From: Clostridiales bacterium
GTDB lineage: Bacteria; Bacillota; Clostridia; Saccharofermentanales; Saccharofermentanaceae
DNA length: 64,000 bases
Direction: 5' to 3'
Assembly: GCA_017513085.1 (NCBI GenBank)
Contig: JAFWDK010000019.1
Location: forward strand, 1-64,000
The translations under genes were made by a program, and so were the position numbers. Below, in pieces: positions 1 to 8,378 of the stretch; position 1 is the first letter of the stretch, and each line of letters starts with the position of its first letter. Under the pieces are notes generated by a model. The model saw only the letters and a list, made by a program, of their open reading frames with translations. It was not told the origin of the DNA and did no database searches.

Positions 1-366
1 GACACAGGCTACCGGGAGTCAGTGTTTTTCGAGAAAAACGGTGATCGCACTTACTGCCGAGAGAAAACTGTCAGTGTTTTTATGGAATACTCTGATTTCC
101 ACTGACACAGGGCTACCGAGAGTCAGTGTTTTTCGAGAAAAACGGTGATCGCACTTACTGCCGAGAGAAAACTGTCAGTGTTTTTATGGAATGCTCTGAT
201 TTCCACTGACACAGGGCTACCGGGAGTCAGTGTTTTTCGATAAAAACAGTGATCGCACTGACTGCAGACGGAAAACTGTCAGTGTTTTTATAGAATACTC
301 TGATTTCCATTGACACAGGGCTACCGGGAGTCAGTGTTTTTCGAGAAAAACAGTGATCGCACTGAC
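1..366. repeat. Tandem array with a 104-bp unit (about 3.5 copies), made of two alternating 37-bp palindromic elements (GTCAGTG...CACTGAC) separated by 15-bp linkers
   Basis: Units start at 1, 104, 208 and 312. The 37-mers lie at 18-54, 70-106, 122-158, 174-210, 226-262, 278-314 and 330-366. The array may continue beyond the window start. Confidence 0.95.
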
Positions 367-504
367 TTTCCCCGATTGGACGGCCCAACTTTCACCCGAT
401 CGGACATCCCCGAGCCCCCTCGATTTGACGAACCGCCGCCCGTTCCGATAGAATCAGAGCAGACAAAGCCGCGCAGCCGTGCGGCAACCAAAGGAGGTTT
501 TACG

Positions 505-846
505 ATGCCATTTATCGATGCGAAATTATCCGTTTCTCTGAGCGAGAGCGAGAAGGAAGAACTCAAGGACGCGTTCGGCCGTCTCATCACGACGCTAAAC
601 AAGAGCGAGGCTTACCTGATGGTGAGCATTGACGACGCCAAGGACCTGTGGCTCGGCGGCCGCAAACTCGAAAAGGGCGCTTACATTTCGGTCAGCCTGT
701 ATGGCGCGGCGCCGTCCGACCTCTACACCAAAATGACCGGTCAGATCTGCGATCTTCTGAACGAGAAGCTCGGCATTCCAGGGAACGCAGTGTATGTGAC
801 GTACCACCCGGTCGACGACTGGGGCTGGAACGGACGGAATTTCTGA
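505..846 (+). CDS. MIF/phenylpyruvate tautomerase-family protein
   Basis: GGAGG RBS before ATG 505. Starts M-P-F-I (catalytic Pro1 after Met removal), 113 aa, ends WGWNGRNF as typical of bacterial MIF-like proteins. Confidence 0.85.
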   Translation: MPFIDAKLSVSLSESEKEELKDAFGRLITTLNKSEAYLMVSIDDAKDLWLGGRKLEKGAYISVSLYGAAPSDLYTKMTGQICDLLNEKLGIPGNAVYVTYHPVDDWGWNGRNF

Positions 847-959
847 GATCCGTTTTTAGCTTTATCTACAAAAGCCTGCTCTGGAAGTTATCCAAGAGCA
901 GGCTTATTATTCACTTTCAAAAACGCCTGGTATGGTTTGTTACACTGCTACAAACCTTT

Positions 960-1742
960 TTATTTCAGCACTTTCCGCACTTCCGCCTCCGAACCATCAA
1001 AATGCTTCTTCACCTGCGCGACGATCCGTGCGAACGACTCCTCCGGCGCATCGGCGTACCGCTTCGTGACGAAATCGTACCCCCACAGGTACTCCGGCAA
1101 GGTCATTTTCGCGATTGCCCACCCGAACGTCTCGCCCTGCTTGTTGACCCGCTGCTGGAAATCCTGCGTCACCAGATACGCCTTCATCTGCAGCTTCGCC
1201 AGCGTCGCCTCGAACCCGTGCTCCCCGTTCTTGCCGAACCCGGCCTTATTCCTGATATCATTCGTAAAAAGCACTTCCGCGCAGCCGTAATTTCCTAACT
1301 CGGATTTCTTCACTTCCCCAAGGTTGTCGAAATCCCCGTCGGAAGGAATAAACAGATCCATGATCATTTTCTCGCGCCGCTCGGCCTTCCCGTCATCAAA
1401 ACGCGCATCGAAATCGTACCCCTCGCGGCGGTAATTTGCGAAATCCGGGAACCACTTCTTCGATACGAAACCTGCTTTGTTTCCGAAGAATTTGCCATAC
1501 GCGACTTTCCCCGTCCGGCTCAACACAACTCGCCACTCCCAAGGGTCCACCTCCGGACGTCCACACCACCAGCAGCCAGGATCCGTCATATTCTCCACCG
1601 AGAACCCAGGCACCTTATTCGAAAAAAGCGGCAGAAACCCGACTTTGTCGATCACCTTCAGAAGCTCGTCCGCACTGTGAATGCATCCCTCCGCATCCCA
1701 TTCCATTCCTTCCATGATCCACTCACCGTTTATAACTTCCAT
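960..1742 (-). CDS. AlkZ-related (winged-helix DNA glycosylase-like) protein
   Basis: Motifs GFLPLFSN, DPWEWR, VAYGKFF..KAGFVS..WFP.FANYRR.GYDFDA and LQM..YL. AGGTGA RBS before ATG 1742. Confidence 0.65.
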   Translation of the reverse strand: MEVINGEWIMEGMEWDAEGCIHSADELLKVIDKVGFLPLFSNKVPGFSVENMTDPGCWWCGRPEVDPWEWRVVLSRTGKVAYGKFFGNKAGFVSKKWFPDFANYRREGYDFDARFDDGKAERREKMIMDLFIPSDGDFDNLGEVKKSELGNYGCAEVLFTNDIRNKAGFGKNGEHGFEATLAKLQMKAYLVTQDFQQRVNKQGETFGWAIAKMTLPEYLWGYDFVTKRYADAPEESFARIVAQVKKHFDGSEAEVRKVLK

Positions 1743-1748
1743 CGCCAC

Positions 1749-1871
1749 TCACCTTTCTGCCAGATCTTCGACCCTGCATCCCAGGGCTTTACTCATATTA
1801 TATACCGTAATCAACTGCGCACAGTTTATTTCTCTCTGGCGTTGCGCAAAAACCGGATCCGTCGAATCGAA
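1749..1871 (-). pseudogene. 3' remnant of an XRE-HTH gene (paralog of 6186-6827)
   Basis: Translates QRQREINCAQLITVYNMSKALGCRVEDLAER*, versus QRQRDINSAQLITVYNLSKALGCRVEDLVER* in the intact copy. Frameshift near 1850 and no 5' part. Confidence 0.85.
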
Positions 1872-1994
1872 GCATGATGTCTCTTCGTTTGAAATCGCCG
1901 TTCCTTACGCAGGACCTTGTAGTACAATAAAGCTATAAACGGTAAACTTTTTTGCAAAACTACAAGCCGTCACTAAAACACCAAGGAGCACCCC

Positions 1995-3110
1995 ATGGCA
2001 GAAAACAAACGCGCAAAGAAAACCCTCGGCATCGTGATCGACGCATTAATGTATATCCTGCTTCTGGCGCAGATGCTCTATGTCTTCGCCGGCAATACGA
2101 TCCACGAAATCCTCGGTATTACTATGTTCATATGCGTAATCGCGCATCTTCTGATGAAGCGGAAATGGTTCGCCACGGTTTTCAAAAAGGGCCGAAAAGT
2201 CTCCCGTGCGCGTAGATTTTCGGATATTATTTCGTTGATCCTTCTCGCCTTGATCATCACCCTCGCCGTCAGCAGCATGGGCGTGTCGCGCTTCATCTTC
2301 CCTTGGTTTAAGTATGTCAGCAGTCCTACTCTACACAAATACCTTGCCACAGCCGTACTCACGGTCTCTGTTGTACACGGCGGCATGCATGGTTATTTCC
2401 GTGCTAAGTCCAAGCGAAAAGCACTTATCCTGATTGTTCTTGGTGCTGTGGCCGCGGCCGCTATCGGTCTCGCGCTTGTGCCTTATCTGAACCGTCATTT
2501 CAAGACTGTCTCGATTACTTATGCCGATAAGATCGCCGGCCGCCAAGTCGAGTGGACCGGTGGAAAGACCCTGACTGTCTATTTCACGCGTCTCGGCAAC
2601 ACGGATTTTGATGCGGACGTTGATGCCGTTTCCGGCGCCTCGCTACTACTGGCCGACGGCGAATTGATGGGCAGTAATCAGCTCCTCGCCGACATGATCA
2701 CCGATGCTATCGGTGGCGACCAGGCCGCAATCACGCTGACAGGCGAAAAGTACCCGTCGAGCTACGCTTCGACCACCTCTGTCGCACGTCGAGAGCTTTC
2801 AGCCGGAGCACGTCCATCTATCGTTCCGATCGACACTTCGAGTTACGACAGCATCATCCTTGTTTTCCCGCTTTGGTGGGGCACCATCCCCATGCCTGTC
2901 GCCACTTTTCTCGAGCAAAGCAACCTTGCCGGCAAAACGATCTACGTCATCGCCACCCAAGGCAGTTCCGGCTACGGCAGCAGCATCTCCGACATAGAGA
3001 AAGCCGCCCCCGACTCCGAGATCATCAAAGTCACCAGTATCTACTGCGACGATATTCCTGATGCACGGGAAAAGATTGCCGATCTGCTGGAAGAAAAAAT
3101 GAAGCGCTGA
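1995..3110 (+). CDS. DUF4405 (cytochrome b-like) membrane domain fused to a flavodoxin domain
   Basis: AAGGAG RBS. About 5 TM helices with His residues (IHEILG, IAHLL, LHKYLA, VVHGGMH). C-terminal flavodoxin motifs VYFTRLGN, FPLWWGTIP and ATQGSSG. Confidence 0.75.
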   Translation: MAENKRAKKTLGIVIDALMYILLLAQMLYVFAGNTIHEILGITMFICVIAHLLMKRKWFATVFKKGRKVSRARRFSDIISLILLALIITLAVSSMGVSRFIFPWFKYVSSPTLHKYLATAVLTVSVVHGGMHGYFRAKSKRKALILIVLGAVAAAAIGLALVPYLNRHFKTVSITYADKIAGRQVEWTGGKTLTVYFTRLGNTDFDADVDAVSGASLLLADGELMGSNQLLADMITDAIGGDQAAITLTGEKYPSSYASTTSVARRELSAGARPSIVPIDTSSYDSIILVFPLWWGTIPMPVATFLEQSNLAGKTIYVIATQGSSGYGSSISDIEKAAPDSEIIKVTSIYCDDIPDAREKIADLLEEKMKR

Positions 3111-3158
3111 TTCTCATAAAAATATAAAAACGACCAAGTACAAAGGACCAAAGAAACC

Positions 3159-3743
3159 ATGAGCAATAACAAACTTGCCATCATCATCCCCGGCATGGGC
3201 TACACCAAAGACCGCCCTCTTCTTTACTACGCCGGGAAACTCCTCAGCGCCGCAGGCTACGAACTTCTGCACATCGAATTTTCCAACCTCCCGAAGAAGA
3301 TTCGGGGCAACCGCGAACTGATCCTCCAGGCCGCCGTCCAGTGCTACGATCAGGCCAGTGCCCAGCTCGATTCCATCGACTTCACGTCCTGCACCGACCT
3401 TCTCTTCGTCGGCAAAAGCATCGGCACCATTGTCGCCGCAAGATACATTGCAGAACACGATCTCAACGCAAAACAGATCTGGTACACACCTCTTCAGGAA
3501 ACATTAGACACTGCCTTCTCTGCCACACCCAGACCTGACCCGGAAAGCATCCTCGCCTTCATTGGCACCGCTGACCCTTGGTCCGACATTCCGAAACTCT
3601 TACACACCGCATCCGAACACCACCTCAACATCCACGTCTACGACGACTGCAACCACTCCCTGGAAACAACCGATGTGGACAAGAATATAGAAATCCTCCT
3701 CGAAGTGATGGGAATCACGAAGGAAAACATCGAACTAATTTAA
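3159..3743 (+). CDS. alpha/beta hydrolase
   Basis: PGMGY, nucleophile elbow GKSIG, GTADPW, and NHSLE (catalytic His). Confidence 0.8.
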   Translation: MSNNKLAIIIPGMGYTKDRPLLYYAGKLLSAAGYELLHIEFSNLPKKIRGNRELILQAAVQCYDQASAQLDSIDFTSCTDLLFVGKSIGTIVAARYIAEHDLNAKQIWYTPLQETLDTAFSATPRPDPESILAFIGTADPWSDIPKLLHTASEHHLNIHVYDDCNHSLETTDVDKNIEILLEVMGITKENIELI

Positions 3744-3745
3744 CA

Positions 3746-3776
3746 AGATCCGGACCAGAATCTCTAGTCCGGATCT
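3746..3776. terminator. Hairpin between convergent genes
   Basis: AGATCCGGAC...GTCCGGATCT 10-bp stem directly after the stop at 3743; no clear U-tract. Confidence 0.55.
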
Positions 3777-3932
3777 CTTGTCAGTGGCAAGAAAAACCAT
3801 TCAAATTATTTTAAAGGAGTTACATAATGCCATTACTCCATGCGTCAAATACATCTTCATCATATCCACATGCTTGTAAAAAGCCATCCAATCGACTATT
3901 CATGAAACTTCTAAAGCACACCATCAATTCAA

Positions 3933-5642
3933 CTAAACCAGTCGACTGCCTTTATGACGATTACACTTCCAGCACAATGTTTGAAGGTTCTTTTCTTCGG
4001 TAAATCCACCTTTTGCAACCGGAATAATATGATCTATCTCAAGCAAAAGGTTGGGTTCTGCATGTGTTGAATTACCGCAATACTTGCATGTATAGTCATC
4101 TCTTTCCTTAATCATCTGGCGCAGTTTACTTGTCATCAACGAGCGCTGCTCTTTTGCAAAAGCAGAAAAGGTAAGTTTACTCTCAAGTATTTTAATTAGT
4201 TCCACTATTGTTTCTTCCGTCATAGGTACAGTAAATGATCGTTGTGCCATACCTCCGCCGGAAGTATAAGAAAACTTATAAGCGACAGTTAATACACTCT
4301 CACTGACATTAGCAAATCCCAATCGAGAATAGAATCCATCTTCATCATTTTCCATAATAAAGGACGGAACCCCTACAATATACTGCTGATAGTCTTTCTT
4401 ATAGTTTTCAATAATCTGTTTAGCTTCTTTCAATGTTTCCAACTCTTCTACAAGCAATTGCAACTTTTGTATCTGTTCTGGGAACATAGATTTATTGGGA
4501 TAGAAATACTTCACAATATAGTCAAGTGGATTGTTTTCCGCACTTGCAAAAACAGCCGCTGACACTTCTGCTGTAAAGGGTGTAATACTTTTCTTATACG
4601 GACGGATATAGTTGTACTCATCCTCTACAACTGTTTCATCTCTTGTGACTCTAACCCCGAAAAGGTTCTGAATAGATTTTGCCTTTTCGTCTATATACTC
4701 ATTAAACTCTCTCTGTGTAGACATTAAGCTATCACACGTTGATTTTATCTGCATGAACTCAGGAGAATTATAATAGTCAGTTATTTGTTTATTCCGCTTT
4801 ATGATCTCATCAACTTCATGCTCATTATTCGAAAGGAATTTATCTATAACGTCCCATTCTTCGCTTTTAATCGTCTTTATCTTTTTGATACTATTTACAG
4901 TTCTATCGAACAAAGCCGCTATCAAAGCGTCTAATTTTTCGCTATCGCCATGAATAACAAGCTTATCTTTAATATCATTAGCCGTATCAATTACGCGATT
5001 CACTCTGTCATAGTATTTGTGTTGCTTTTTCTCAAGCAAGTTCTTTTCTTGCTCCTTAATATATTTATTGTATTCAGTTTTGCTCATCAGTAGTGCGGGA
5101 TTGTTTCGTAATTCATTAATCCGATTAGGTGTAATTGTAAGTATTCCAGTATTGGTTTTCCTTCCAGCCGGAGATGTATAATTCACCACCACAGAATAGT
5201 TTTGAGTATAAGTAAGGTTACTCCTAATCTTCTGTTCAATTCGCGAGTATCTAAACCGATTTGTAAATGTATTACTAACAAGAAAATCATTTAGAAGCTT
5301 CGCGTATGCACTTTTTTGGTTTAGTATCGCTGCGGCTTCTCCCAATTTTTGCCGGTTTTCAGTGAAATACTTAATATCTGTATAATTACTTACCGCCTGG
5401 CTACTCTTCACATTGACTAATGCATCAAAAGCATTATACATCCATCCCGATAAACCCAGTGATTGCAATATCTCAGCTTCCAAATCCTTTTCTTTCTTAT
5501 TCATTATTGCTGGAATAATAGCAACAAACAACACTACAAGGAATATGATCCCAATTCCAATAATTACATAGATGGATTTATCTTCATTTTGCTTATAGGC
5601 CAAGCCAACACTAAATACATTCAATAAACAATGTATGTACAT
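3933..5642 (-). CDS. HNH endonuclease with N-terminal transmembrane helix and long helical middle region
   Basis: C-terminal RDDYTCKYCG...EIDHIIPVAKGG...NLQTLCWKCN. Hydrophobic stretch IYVIIGIGIIFLVVLFVAII. AAGGAG RBS. Visibly AT-rich. Confidence 0.85.
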   Translation of the reverse strand: MYIHCLLNVFSVGLAYKQNEDKSIYVIIGIGIIFLVVLFVAIIPAIMNKKEKDLEAEILQSLGLSGWMYNAFDALVNVKSSQAVSNYTDIKYFTENRQKLGEAAAILNQKSAYAKLLNDFLVSNTFTNRFRYSRIEQKIRSNLTYTQNYSVVVNYTSPAGRKTNTGILTITPNRINELRNNPALLMSKTEYNKYIKEQEKNLLEKKQHKYYDRVNRVIDTANDIKDKLVIHGDSEKLDALIAALFDRTVNSIKKIKTIKSEEWDVIDKFLSNNEHEVDEIIKRNKQITDYYNSPEFMQIKSTCDSLMSTQREFNEYIDEKAKSIQNLFGVRVTRDETVVEDEYNYIRPYKKSITPFTAEVSAAVFASAENNPLDYIVKYFYPNKSMFPEQIQKLQLLVEELETLKEAKQIIENYKKDYQQYIVGVPSFIMENDEDGFYSRLGFANVSESVLTVAYKFSYTSGGGMAQRSFTVPMTEETIVELIKILESKLTFSAFAKEQRSLMTSKLRQMIKERDDYTCKYCGNSTHAEPNLLLEIDHIIPVAKGGFTEEKNLQTLCWKCNRHKGSRLV

Positions 5643-5891
5643 AACCCCACTCCTTCATATTCCTATTGTTCCAAACACATCTAGCAGACATAACATATAC
5701 TCAGGATGACAATTCTCACAGTGGAAACCTCTAATAGATACGAGTCGTTTCAAGCCCACACGCTATCAGATGTCATATCATAAGTACTAATTGAATTTTA
5801 AATAATTAAGATTTCGTATTCGCAAATCGTATGTTAACAAATAATAAATGCGGCTGTCATTCTTTCCCAAAACGAGAAACCACAAGCAGAT

Positions 5892-6179
5892 TTATAGCGT
5901 ATCGTACTTATCCGCATTCCCTTTTGCCTTCTCTACCGGGTACTTTGCTTCGTTCAGGTCCATTTTCATATTGACGATCTCGTCTTCGTCGAGGCCAAGC
6001 TTGTCGAGGAGATCGCGGCAATAGACCAAAACGTCAGCCAGTTCTTCCTTCACATGTTGCAAGTTATAGTTTTCTTCGTCCCACTGAAAGCACTCGAGAA
6101 GCTCGTCCGCAATATGGATGCAGTCCTCCGCATTCCAGTCCGTTCCTTTCATGATTCACTCATCGTTAAGAACTTTCAT
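5892..6179 (-). pseudogene. Chimeric pseudogene: AlkZ-related N-terminus fused to the C-terminal half of a MazG-like nucleotide pyrophosphohydrolase
   Basis: MKVLNDE*IMKGTDWNAEDCIHIADELL matches the N-terminus of 960-1742, with W changed to TGA. It continues as ELLECFQW...EELADVLVY...KM..NE.KYP, the MazG-like signature. Confidence 0.8.
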
Positions 6180-6185
6180 CGCCGC

Positions 6186-6827
6186 TCATCTCTCTACCAG
6201 ATCCTCGACCCTGCACCCCAGTGCTTTACTAAGGTTATAAACCGTAATCAGCTGCGCACTGTTTATATCTCTTTGGCGTTGCTCAAAAAGCTGGATCTGC
6301 CGAATCGAAACATTGGCCAGAATTGCCAGTTCCGACTGAGACAAGGAGAGATTTTTCCGCATCGCCGCCAGACGCGTCTCTGGAAAACGCAACTTTATAT
6401 TTTTCTCCAGCTTGCGCACCGACCGCATGATATCCGCCTCATGATAAAGATCGTACATCTTGCGAAGCTCTGACGCCCGTGTCGCCCGAAGAATCCTGGT
6501 GAATGACTCATCACTGTACCACTGAAAGTACGCCGCCACATATCCGCACCAATATTCCGGCGACTTGTCCGGATACTCGAAATAGTCAGGCATCAAAGGC
6601 ACATCGTCCTGCTTCTTCAAAACCTTCACGACCAGTTCAAATCCATTGATTCCCGCAATGTAGGCAGGATTCCCGGAAGCAAACTGTTTTGATACATCCG
6701 ACTGCACAAAACAATCCGCGAACTCATCAATATCCATGCCAAGTGCCTCTACCGCATATTCAAAAGCACTTCCCAATATCCGTGTCGAACTGTCCAAATA
6801 CATCTCTTCATATGCGCGCAACATCAT
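6186..6827 (-). CDS. XRE-family HTH protein (DUF3990 partner)
   Basis: C-terminal HTH LAAMRKNLSLSQSELAILANVSIRQIQLFEQ. Middle SPEYWCG...AYFQW and LYHEADI motifs. GAGGTG RBS. Confidence 0.8.
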   Translation of the reverse strand: MMLRAYEEMYLDSSTRILGSAFEYAVEALGMDIDEFADCFVQSDVSKQFASGNPAYIAGINGFELVVKVLKKQDDVPLMPDYFEYPDKSPEYWCGYVAAYFQWYSDESFTRILRATRASELRKMYDLYHEADIMRSVRKLEKNIKLRFPETRLAAMRKNLSLSQSELAILANVSIRQIQLFEQRQRDINSAQLITVYNLSKALGCRVEDLVER

Positions 6828-6833
6828 ATCACC

Positions 6834-7343
6834 TCAAATCTGCAACCTCTCATCTCCTGAAATGATCCCTTGACGCATGATATCCAACATAAAAACATCA
6901 TTTATAGAATCCTTCTCACCCTTAGATAAACGGTACTGACGTCGGGCCTCGGAATCACGAGACTTCTTTCGACTGAAATACTTCTCAGCATCCGCAGGGA
7001 CCGACTCAACAAAGTGTATCTGCCTGAATGCTTTTTCACTTTTCAGAACGATCTGTTCTCCTAACTTGCCCAGCCGCATAGCCTGTGACAGTTTTCTCAA
7101 AGAAATGGCATTAGAAACAAAATCTTGAGCAAAGGTAAAATACGAATCATCCGCCCTGTATCCGACGATCACATCGAATTGATCGACATCCACGTAAAAA
7201 TGTTCTTGCAAGTAGTTCTTCGCCTCTTCCGATATAGTGTTTTTCTGCCAATATGAGCGAAATCTCGTCAGAACGGCTAGCCAATTCAGGATATTGAAAT
7301 CTTCCGAATTCAAGTTCAAAACAGAAAGACCTCTCATGTTCAA
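6834..7343 (-). pseudogene. DUF3990-family protein, apparently 5'-truncated
   Basis: LNWLAVL, DVIVGYRADDSYF and MRLGKLGEQIVLKSEKAF motifs present. The family N-terminus (LYHGS...GFY) is absent, and an in-frame TGA lies a few codons upstream of YELN. Confidence 0.65.
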
Positions 7344-7445
7344 CTCGTATACATTTTGCTTACATCATATCGCTCCAGCGATACAAAATCAATCTGTAAC
7401 GAAATCTCTCCTTGCCTGTTTAACAACCAGTAGGAGGTGGATATC

Positions 7446-8309
7446 ATGAAAAACGAAAAGCCCGTTATCTTATACTTCGGAATCGTCCTTCTCGCCGCAG
7501 TCGTTCTTTCGTGCGGCCTCACCTTTATCACGTTCCCATACCACAAAGAAACCACCTCGTACGAAGAGAAACGAGCAAGAGAAGAAGCCGCCATCAATAA
7601 AGTCGAATCCGCCGTTGTACGAGGACTCCAAAACATGGACGCAAAGGAAATCAGAGAGTGCTTTTCGAGCAAAGTACAGAGCACATGCAACGACCTGGAT
7701 CAGGGTATCGAATATCTTCTGAGGAACTTTGGCAACGCCGAAATCAAAATCATCGACGACAGTTACGGCACGTTCAGCGGCAACTCCGTCGTGATCCTCG
7801 ATGTCACATGCAGCCTCCGCATCAAAGACGACACCTACAATCTGGCCTGGATACAATACTATGAGAGCGCGAAAGATCCTGATCTGCTCGGCGTGTATTC
7901 CATGTCGATCTCCTTTGGCTATAGCAAAGCAACTCCGATTGAAATCGCCGGCATCTACACCCCACGCCGCGATGATGTCACAGGAGTTCTCCTCGCAATT
8001 CGGGACATCTCCCAGAAGCGCGGCACCGTCCCCACGGAAGATTCCGTCTACGTCGAAAGCACTTGGGCGTATATTTTTGATCCGGATTTTCTTGACTCGC
8101 TTAATGAGAAGGAAAAGCGCGACATGTTCGGATTTTTCATCAACCAAACAATTGATTACCACAACCAGATCCGCCTCACAACGACCCCCGACGGCTCAAT
8201 CGTGCAAGTCGAATTTAACGACATGAACCTTCACGGCACACTCAGCCTGCGCATCAACAACGAAAACCTGATCAATGCAGTCAACTTCAAGCCGAGCGTT
8301 GAAGTCTGA
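7446..8309 (+). CDS. Membrane-anchored DUF5104-like protein
   Basis: AGGAGG RBS. N-terminal TM helix. VRGLQNMDAKEIRECFS...DLDQGIEYLL pattern. Confidence 0.55.
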   Translation: MKNEKPVILYFGIVLLAAVVLSCGLTFITFPYHKETTSYEEKRAREEAAINKVESAVVRGLQNMDAKEIRECFSSKVQSTCNDLDQGIEYLLRNFGNAEIKIIDDSYGTFSGNSVVILDVTCSLRIKDDTYNLAWIQYYESAKDPDLLGVYSMSISFGYSKATPIEIAGIYTPRRDDVTGVLLAIRDISQKRGTVPTEDSVYVESTWAYIFDPDFLDSLNEKEKRDMFGFFINQTIDYHNQIRLTTTPDGSIVQVEFNDMNLHGTLSLRINNENLINAVNFKPSVEV

Positions 8310-8378
8310 CATTATGGTTCACGTATTGATATCATCTATTTTTTATGTAAACTTTCTGCAAATACACCAATAGTGCAA

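Noticed and set aside
1-366. CRISPR array
   Set aside because: The linkers are only 15 bp and recur alternately rather than being unique, two repeat types alternate, and no cas genes are in the window.
310-504. N-terminal extension of the MIF ORF (178-aa call)
   Set aside because: It reads through the repeat array. The RBS and the required Pro1 place the start at 505.
3820-3903. Tiny minus-strand ORF after the HNH gene (MNSRLDGFLQACGYDEDVFDAWSNGIM)
   Set aside because: Too short, no clear RBS and no recognisable family; at most a gene remnant.
5690-5740. RGFHCENCHP-like metal-binding fragment on the minus strand upstream of the HNH gene
   Set aside because: No start codon context and only a few residues of resemblance.
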